Below are positions 57,225 to 64,000 of a stretch of DNA of 64,000 nt, piece by piece; the first letter of the stretch is position 1; every line of letters starts with the position of its first letter. The notes under the pieces were generated by a model, which was given only the letters and a program-made list of their open reading frames with translations, had not been told where the DNA came from and did no database searches. The stretch is from the NCBI GenBank assembly GCA_963778655.1, contig CAVZVA010000008.1:1-64000 (forward strand). The letters run 5' to 3'. The stretch comes from an uncultured delta proteobacterium. Lineage in GTDB: Bacteria > Myxococcota_A > Polyangia > Polyangiales > JAFGIB01. A program made the translations under genes and the position numbers.

Positions 57225-58349
57225 ATGAGCACTATGCCCGCTGTCTTCTCCACCCAGCCCGGGGTCGTCTGGAACAAGCAGTCGATCCTGTTCTCCGCCT
57301 GCAACGAGGACTCGCACAGCGAGCTGCGCGCATTCGAGTCGCTGGCCGGCAAACGCGTGTTCTGCGTGACCGCGAGCGGCGGGCGCGTGCTCAACCTGCT
57401 GGCGGAGCGACCGAAGTCGCTGCTGGCGGTCGACCTCAACCCCGCGCAGAACGCCTTGCTCGAGCTCAAGATCGCCGCGATGCGCGAGCTGGACCACGAC
57501 GGTTATCTGCGTTTTCTGGGCGTGCGCGGCGACGGATCCCGGCCGCAGACCTACGCGCGGTTGCGCTCGCAGCTCTCGGAGAACGCGCGCGGCTTCTTCG
57601 ACCGCGTGCCGGCGCTCTTGGCGCGCGGCATCCTGTTCCAGGGCAACCTCGAGCGCTACCTGCAACGGGTGGCTGTGCTGATGCGGCTGGCGCGGCCGTT
57701 CGGCCTGCAAAGCCTAGTCGATGCGCCCGACCTCGAGGCCCAGCGCGCCTTCATGGATCGGCTGGAAACGCCGCTGTGGCGCGTGCTCACTCAGACGCTG
57801 TCGCGGCGCCGGGTGCTCTTGTTGTTCTCCGGCGACCCGGGCTTCTTCCGCTACCTGCCGCCCGAGCTACCGCTGCACAGCTGGCTGTACGAGCGCATCC
57901 ACGGCTACCTGCGCCAGAACCTGCTGCGCGACAACGCGCTGCTGCAGCTGGTGTTCTTCGGCCGTTACGTATGGGAGCCGGCGCTGCCGATCTACCTGCA
58001 CGCCGACAGCTTCGAAGCGGTCAAGGCCGCGCTCGGGCAGGTCGAGATCGAGATCAAGACGGCCACCGTCGAGCAGGCGCTGGCGCAGGCCGGTCCGAGC
58101 GCATTCGATGCGTTCTCGCTCTCCGACATCTCGTCGTACCTCGATGACGCTGCCCACCACCGCTTGTTCGAACGCGTGCTCGAGGCCGCGGCGCCCGAGG
58201 GGCGCATCTGCTCGCGCAGCGTGCTGCATCACAGGCCGCTGGCTCCGCGGCTGGCCGGCCGCTTGCAGCGCGCGCCCGCGCTGGAGCACGAGCTCTCGCG
58301 CAAGGACCACGCCTGTCTGCACGAGTTCGTGGTCGGCCAGATCCGCTAG
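57225..58349 (+). CDS. DUF3419/BtaA-like SAM-dependent 3-amino-3-carboxypropyl transferase family protein
   Basis: NEDS..E, CVTASG, VDLNPAQ..LLELK, FSLSDI..Y. Confidence 0.8.
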   Translation: MSTMPAVFSTQPGVVWNKQSILFSACNEDSHSELRAFESLAGKRVFCVTASGGRVLNLLAERPKSLLAVDLNPAQNALLELKIAAMRELDHDGYLRFLGVRGDGSRPQTYARLRSQLSENARGFFDRVPALLARGILFQGNLERYLQRVAVLMRLARPFGLQSLVDAPDLEAQRAFMDRLETPLWRVLTQTLSRRRVLLLFSGDPGFFRYLPPELPLHSWLYERIHGYLRQNLLRDNALLQLVFFGRYVWEPALPIYLHADSFEAVKAALGQVEIEIKTATVEQALAQAGPSAFDAFSLSDISSYLDDAAHHRLFERVLEAAAPEGRICSRSVLHHRPLAPRLAGRLQRAPALEHELSRKDHACLHEFVVGQIR

Positions 58350-58362
58350 CTCGTTTTGCAAT

Positions 58363-58595
58363 CGGGAGGGCCACGCGCCCCTCCCGCCCCACCGGCAAAG
58401 CCGCCTGGGCCCCACCCTTCCGCGGGGTCGCTACGCTTCCACGTCGCAGCAGGCGCCGCAAACCCTCTGTTCGGTGCTGATTCAGAGCTCGCGATTCGGG
58501 ATCGAATCACGAGCTCTGATTTCTGCTTTGATTGTCAGGGAGTCGCGCCGACTCCCTGTGCGCGAGCCAAAGCCTCGCGCATTCACCCTCTCGCG
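58363..58595. repeat. Composite palindromic intergenic element
   Basis: Modules shared with 43006-43170; 38-bp palindrome TCAGAGCTCGCGATTCGGGATCGAATCACGAGCTCTGA at 58482-58519; CAGGGAGTCG/CGACTCCCTG hairpin. Confidence 0.8.
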
Positions 58596-58633
58596 GTGGT
58601 GCGGCATCCGCCGCATCATTTAGGGTTCCGACT

Positions 58634-61600
58634 TCACGCTTCGCGATCTGCTCTCGCGTCCGTCAGCGCCGTCGCCGCCGGAGCCGCGTCGCCCAGGTCG
58701 AGCAGGCAGCGCGCGATCGCGGCAGCGGTCTCGATCGGCAGCCGCACCTCGGACTCGGGCGGGAAGTACAGCACAGCCGCGCCCGCGGTGGTCGCGCCTT
58801 CCGGCCCTTCGCAGCGCAGCAGCAGCGGATAGGCCGTCTGGCGCTCCGGCCTGAAGCTGCCGGTCCAGTGCTTGCTGAGGGTGGCGTCGGTGGCGCCGAT
58901 GACCACGGTCATGTACTCGGTGGCGACCTCTTCGTTCTGAGAGTATTCGCCGATCAGGCGTTCCAGCACGGACTCGAGGTTCTCGTCGGCCGAGCGCCCG
59001 TCACTTGCCGCCACCAGCTCGAGGCCCAGCCCGCCGACCACGTAGAGCTGCGCGTCCGCCGCGCCCGATTCCTCCAGCAGCAGCCGCAGCGCTCGCTCGT
59101 AACGCTCCTTGCGCAGCCCGCACTGGCTCAGGACATTACGCACGCGCGTAATCGGCGGGGTCGCAACGGTCTCGGCTTGCGTCTCGTCGGGGCCATCGAA
59201 CAGGCCGGCATGCCGCGCTTCGTGCAACAGTCGATTGAACTTGGCCATCAGGGCGGGGTTGTCTTCACCCAGCGCGTATTGCTCCTTGCACCGCGCCAGA
59301 TGCATTTCGAAGGCCTCGCGGTCGCCGAGCTGGATCGCGATGCGCGCGCGGGCTTCGTGCGGCAGGGCCGCGATGATTCCTTTGGCGCCTTCGGTCATGG
59401 GCGCGATCGTGGCATCGATGCGCCGCGCGGCGCCCTCGGCGTCACCCATGCGCGCCTCGACCGTGGCGAGGTCGACCTCCAGGTGGCGCGCGAAGCGGTG
59501 GTTTTCGTCCGCGCGGGCGAGGGCGATCGCCTGCTCCGCCGCGGCCTTGGCCTCCTGCAGCCTGCCCAGCTCGCGCAGCGCGACGATCCGGCAGCTCAGC
59601 GCCAGGTTCCACAGCGAATGGCCCCCCGGCTCCATCTGTGCGAGCGCTTCGTCTGCGGCCTCGAGCGCTGCGGTGTAGTCGCGGCGAGCCCGCGCGAGCG
59701 AGGCCCGCACGTAGATCACATCGACGCGGAACGATGCGTGCAGCCGCGCCAGCTCCTCCAGCGCGGGCAGGGTGTTCTGAAGCCCCCGCACGTCGTCGGA
59801 CAGCGCATAGCCGAAGAGCAGCGCGCGGGCGCCGACCGCGGCCAGGGGAGGGCGTTGCCGCCGCTCGAGCGAGCGCAGCTCGATGCGCATTCGCAGCTGC
59901 TCGGCCAGCGCCACGTTGCCGAGCGCGAGTGCCCAGCCCAGCCGTACCATCCAACCCGCCGGCGCCCACAGCTCGTCGCGCTCGAGCTCATCGGCGATCA
60001 CCAGCGCGGAGGAGCGGCCGGACCCGGCCTGGATCGCACCCATCATGTATTGCAGGGCGTGGACCACGTCGCGCTGCACCTGGGGTGTCAGGCCCGGCAC
60101 GTCGGGACGCGAGTAGAACGCCACGGCATCTTCGGTGAGCTCCAGCGCGCGGTCGTAGCGGCCCATGATGAACGCCAGCTGCCCCGGCATGGTCAGGTCG
60201 CGCATGCGCTGCAGAGAAGGCGAGAGCGCCGCAAATGTCTCGACCAGGGGCTGTAGCTCGCGCAGTAGCGCGACCTCGTGCGCGCCGCCGATGAAGATCA
60301 GGGTCTCGCGGATCATCTCCACCAGGTGCAGCATGGCGGGCAGCGGCTCGCGCACGCGCTCGGTCTCCGGCGTCTGCGCGTAGCGCTGCTGGGCCGCGGC
60401 AAATGCCGCGGACAGGCGTGCGAGCGGCTCGGCCGAAGGATCGCCGCGCTCCCAGTCGAGACCGCCCGCCTCGCGGTAGTGGTAGGCGAGCACCTCGCGC
60501 GCATGGCGCGGAACGTCCGGCACTGTCAGCGCCTTGCCCGCGCGCACCAGCTCTTCGAGCAGCCCGAGCCGATCGCGGTGAGGCCGGCCGAGCTGCGTGC
60601 AGGCATTGGCCGCTGCCAGCAGCAGCTCCGCGTACCCCGGCGGGTGCGCGGCCCAGCGCGAGCCGCGTGCGAGCTCGGCATTCAGCGTGGCGATCGCGCC
60701 CGCTTGGTCGCCGGCCTCCCATTCGAAGCGCGCGACCAGGAGCGGGTCGCGCTCGCGCTTGCGCAGGGCGCCTGCCACCCGTGTGGCTGCGACGGCGCGC
60801 TCGGCGGGCCGGGCCGCCGCCTCGATCGCCATGCGCCAGCCGTTGCCGGCAAGCGCATAGCTGAGGCCGTCGCTGGCGAGCACCTGCGCGCCCAGCAGCG
60901 TGTCGACCGCCACCCCCACGCGGCCCACGTCGTCGTATCCGGCGAGCTCGGCATACGCGTCGAAGCCGAGCCCCGCATCGGCGGCCACGGCCAAGGCGAT
61001 CGCCAGCTCGCGCGCGTCGGCGTCTAGCTTGGCGATCTTGGCGCCGCGCACTTCGTCCAGCGTGGCTGGAAGCGCGTCCGCAGCCAGCCGGGCCGGCAGC
61101 ACCCATGAGCCCAGGCCGTAGCGCACCAGCCCGCGGTCCACAAGGTGCTGTGCCAGCTCCATCGTGGCGCGCGGCGAGCCGTCGGCGCGCTCGAAGATGC
61201 GCCCGGCGGTGAGCGCAAGCCCCGCCACCTGGCCGAAGACCGAAGCCAGCAGCGCCTCGGTGTCGGCCCGGCTCAACCCGGATAGGCGCAGCACCTGCGC
61301 GCCGGTCTCGATCACCGCGAGCGCCGCGGGTCGTGCCCGCGCGTCGTCGCTGCTGGCCGCGACCGCGACCAGCACGCGGCCGTTGCGGAACGCCTGAGCC
61401 ACCGCGGCCAGCGCCGCCAGCGACACGTCGTCGCAGCGCTCGGCGTCGTCGATCGCCAGTACGGTCGGCGTGGCCGTGCTCAGCGCGAGCAGCCACTCGA
61501 CCAGCGCGGCGTGCAGCGGCGCGCGATCGGCATCGGTGGCCTGCGCCGCCGGCAGGCACGCGCGCAGCGTCGCGCGCGCCGTCTCCGTCCTCTGACTCTC

Positions 61601-62713
61601 CGGTCTCTCCGCGCTGTCGAGCTCTGCGATCAGGGCCGACAACAGGCCGTACGGCCTGACCGCGTCGGCCGCGCCGCCACGCGCGCACAGCGCGCCGCTA
61701 AGCTTGGCCTCGACCACGCAGGTCTCGAGCATGCGCGAGCGACCCGACCCACTCGAGCCCTCGATCCAGAGCGTGCCGCCGCCGTGGGTGTGCAACCGCC
61801 GCAGCCGCGTGCGTACCGCGTCGACGGTGTCGTCCCGGCCCACCAGGCGCGGGCTCGCGAGGTACGCCAGGGACACGTCGATCTGCTCGACGCGCGGCAG
61901 CCCCCCGATCGCCGACAGCCGCTCCATCACCTCGTTGGCGCTGCGCGGGCGCGCGGTCGGCTCCAGGCTCAGCAGCGACATCACCAGCAAGTCGAGCTCG
62001 GGCGGAAGGTCGGGCACGACCTGCGAGAGCCGTCTCGGCATGCGGCGCCAGGCGCCGCGCAGCGCGGCGAGCGTGCGCGCCGGGAAGGCGTGACGGCCGC
62101 TGAGCGCGTAGTACAGCGAGCCGCCCACCGCGAACAGGTCCGCCCGGCCGTCGATCGGCTGGCCGTAAAGGGCTTCGGGTGGGACCAGTGGCGGCGTGCC
62201 GACCACGCGCTTGACGTAGCCCATCGGCGACATCGCGCCGAAGTCGAGCAGCTTCGCGCCGCCGTCGGACCGACAGCGGATGTTCTTGGGCGAGATGTCG
62301 CGGTGCACCAGACCGCGCGCGTGCAGCAGCGCGAGCGAGGAGCAGACGTCGCGAAACACGCGGCACGCCTGCTGCCACGGCAGCGGCGAGCGTGCCTGCA
62401 GGTCGTCGCCGTCGAGCAGCTCCATCGTGTAGTAGGGGCTCTCGTCGTCCTGGCCGTAGTCGTAGACCTCGACCACGCTCGGATGCGACAGATCGCGCAG
62501 CGTGCGGTACTCGCGATGGAACAGCTCGATCACCGCGGCGTGCCGCTCGGGCTCGTCGGGCAGCGTCAGGCGCTTGAGCGCACAGGCCTGTCCCGTGCTC
62601 GGGTCGACGGCGCGGAACACGGACGCCATGCCCCCGCGTCCGAGCAGCTCGTGGATCGCATAACGCCCCATCGCAGTCATCCCGATCGTATCCGAGCTGG
62701 CTGCGGCAGCCAA
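58634..62713 (-). CDS. Ser/Thr kinase with P-loop domain, TPR-like region and extra C-terminal domain
   Basis: LGRGGMA, HRDISPKN, DFG, GTPPLVPPE, GSSGSGRS, LAIDD; start may be 62680. Confidence 0.9.
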   Translation of the reverse strand: MAAAASSDTIGMTAMGRYAIHELLGRGGMASVFRAVDPSTGQACALKRLTLPDEPERHAAVIELFHREYRTLRDLSHPSVVEVYDYGQDDESPYYTMELLDGDDLQARSPLPWQQACRVFRDVCSSLALLHARGLVHRDISPKNIRCRSDGGAKLLDFGAMSPMGYVKRVVGTPPLVPPEALYGQPIDGRADLFAVGGSLYYALSGRHAFPARTLAALRGAWRRMPRRLSQVVPDLPPELDLLVMSLLSLEPTARPRSANEVMERLSAIGGLPRVEQIDVSLAYLASPRLVGRDDTVDAVRTRLRRLHTHGGGTLWIEGSSGSGRSRMLETCVVEAKLSGALCARGGAADAVRPYGLLSALIAELDSAERPESQRTETARATLRACLPAAQATDADRAPLHAALVEWLLALSTATPTVLAIDDAERCDDVSLAALAAVAQAFRNGRVLVAVAASSDDARARPAALAVIETGAQVLRLSGLSRADTEALLASVFGQVAGLALTAGRIFERADGSPRATMELAQHLVDRGLVRYGLGSWVLPARLAADALPATLDEVRGAKIAKLDADARELAIALAVAADAGLGFDAYAELAGYDDVGRVGVAVDTLLGAQVLASDGLSYALAGNGWRMAIEAAARPAERAVAATRVAGALRKRERDPLLVARFEWEAGDQAGAIATLNAELARGSRWAAHPPGYAELLLAAANACTQLGRPHRDRLGLLEELVRAGKALTVPDVPRHAREVLAYHYREAGGLDWERGDPSAEPLARLSAAFAAAQQRYAQTPETERVREPLPAMLHLVEMIRETLIFIGGAHEVALLRELQPLVETFAALSPSLQRMRDLTMPGQLAFIMGRYDRALELTEDAVAFYSRPDVPGLTPQVQRDVVHALQYMMGAIQAGSGRSSALVIADELERDELWAPAGWMVRLGWALALGNVALAEQLRMRIELRSLERRQRPPLAAVGARALLFGYALSDDVRGLQNTLPALEELARLHASFRVDVIYVRASLARARRDYTAALEAADEALAQMEPGGHSLWNLALSCRIVALRELGRLQEAKAAAEQAIALARADENHRFARHLEVDLATVEARMGDAEGAARRIDATIAPMTEGAKGIIAALPHEARARIAIQLGDREAFEMHLARCKEQYALGEDNPALMAKFNRLLHEARHAGLFDGPDETQAETVATPPITRVRNVLSQCGLRKERYERALRLLLEESGAADAQLYVVGGLGLELVAASDGRSADENLESVLERLIGEYSQNEEVATEYMTVVIGATDATLSKHWTGSFRPERQTAYPLLLRCEGPEGATTAGAAVLYFPPESEVRLPIETAAAIARCLLDLGDAAPAATALTDARADREA

Positions 62714-62753
62714 TCGACGTTTCTGTGGGTGGGTACGCCGGATGTGCGCGCCG

Positions 62754-64000
62754 TCAGTAGCGGGTGGGTGGTTGGAAGCCTCCTATGATCTCTGCCAGCC
62801 GGCGCGCAAAGTCGATCGGGGTGTGATCCTCGAGATAGGGCCCGATGATCTGCAGCCCGACTGGAAGCCCGCTCGCGGTGCGTCCGATCGGCGCCGCCGT
62901 CGCCGGCAGGTGGTAGGCCGTGGCGCCCGCGATCCAGCCCAGCAGATCCATGTATGGACGGCTCGCGCCGTCGACCGTGATCCGGCGCGTCCACGGCGAG
63001 CCCTCGTGGTCGTGAGGAATCGCGGCCACCATGGTGACCGGACACAGCAGGACGTCGAAGCGCTCGAAGAACGCGGCCCAGCGCGCGCCGTAGCGCGCGC
63101 GGCGCTCGTTGGCGCGCAGCCAGTCGAGGTGGCGCGCCATCGCTTTGCGCGCCAGGCCCAGCATTGCGTCCTCTCCGTCCTTTGGCGGCGTGGCCGCGAC
63201 CTGAGCCAGCATGTCGGTCACCGCGGGCGGCATCCCCATCACCATGATCGGATTGAGCAGCGATAGGTAGTTGTCGAAGATCTGCGACAGCGTCAGGTCG
63301 GGTCGCGCGCCGAGATCGAGCGCGACACCTGCGCCGCGCAGCGCCGAGATCGCGTTCTGCAGCACCTGCGCGACCTCGCGATCGACCGGAAAGCTCGCGT
63401 CGTCGATCCACGCCGCGACGCGATACGCTTGCAGCGAGTCTCGCCGCGGCGGCGGCAGCTGCAGGCGGTACGCCTTGGCGTGCGCCTGATCGGGGCCGGC
63501 CAGCAAGTCGAGCGCGAGCGCGAGGTCGGCTGCCGAGCGCGCGAGTGGGCCGCACACGCTCAGATCGACGCTGGCCAGCGAGCCCGGTGGCCCAGGAATG
63601 TGGCCGCGTTGCGGCACCAGGCCCCAGCTCGGCTTGTGGCCGTAGACGCCGGTCCAGCCCGCGGGCGTGCGGATCGACCCGCCGATGTCGGAGCCGAGCT
63701 CGAGCGCGGCGAACCCGCACGCCAGCGCCACCGCCGCGCCACCCGAGGACCCGCCGGGCGTGCGGCTGGGGTCGTGCGGATTGTTGGTGGTGCCGAAGAT
63801 CTCGTTGTAGGTCTGCGTGTCGGCGCTGTGTGCGGGCACGTTGGTCTTGCCGAACACCAGCGCGCCGGCGTCGATCAGGCGCTGCACTGCCAACGCGTTG
63901 CGCGCGGGCACGTGGCTCGACAACGCCACCGCCCCACCCGTCGAGCGGATGCCCTCGGTCTCGTAGGCATCCTTGATCGTCATCGGCAGCCCGTGCAGCG
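62754..64000 (-). CDS. Amidase signature family enzyme (5' end outside window)
   Basis: GLPMTIKD, GKTNVP, GGSSGG, GSDIGGSIR. Confidence 0.93.
   Translation of the reverse strand, partial: LHGLPMTIKDAYETEGIRSTGGAVALSSHVPARNALAVQRLIDAGALVFGKTNVPAHSADTQTYNEIFGTTNNPHDPSRTPGGSSGGAAVALACGFAALELGSDIGGSIRTPAGWTGVYGHKPSWGLVPQRGHIPGPPGSLASVDLSVCGPLARSAADLALALDLLAGPDQAHAKAYRLQLPPPRRDSLQAYRVAAWIDDASFPVDREVAQVLQNAISALRGAGVALDLGARPDLTLSQIFDNYLSLLNPIMVMGMPPAVTDMLAQVAATPPKDGEDAMLGLARKAMARHLDWLRANERRARYGARWAAFFERFDVLLCPVTMVAAIPHDHEGSPWTRRITVDGASRPYMDLLGWIAGATAYHLPATAAPIGRTASGLPVGLQIIGPYLEDHTPIDFARRLAEIIGGFQPPTRY

Overview
GC-rich chromosomal window (about 70% GC by eye), most likely from a myxobacterium. Evidence for this is a MYXO-CTERM sorting signal, Myxococcus-type Cys-rich repeats, PEGA and kinase-ATPase-TPR Ser/Thr kinases and a CglB-like VWA lipoprotein. 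It is mostly housekeeping and accessory metabolism: a malQ-glgE-treS/mak-glgB alpha-glucan cluster, a polar amino-acid ABC transporter, a tandem pilT pair, glutamate dehydrogenase, YgiQ radical SAM protein, lipid genes (acyl-CoA ligase, accC, desaturase), gloA, minCDE, a conserved pterin/glycosyltransferase/CDP-alcohol cluster of unknown function, an orphan ABC permease, a BtaA-like protein and a partial amidase. No rRNA, tRNA or CRISPR array was seen. The most notable observations are: (1) an RHH/Zn-finger regulator plus ABC1 kinase module with a shared TGTAnTACA operator in both promoters; (2) a PilT carrying an MshEN-like c-di-GMP-binding N-terminus, paired with a His-box-variant PilT; (3) a minCDE cassette flanked by an 82-bp degenerate direct repeat of the gloA 5' end; (4) an internally deleted ISKra4-like element abutting a blue-copper-protein gene remnant; and (5) several families of palindromic MITE/REP-like elements. 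All family assignments come from motifs read by eye; no database searches were run.
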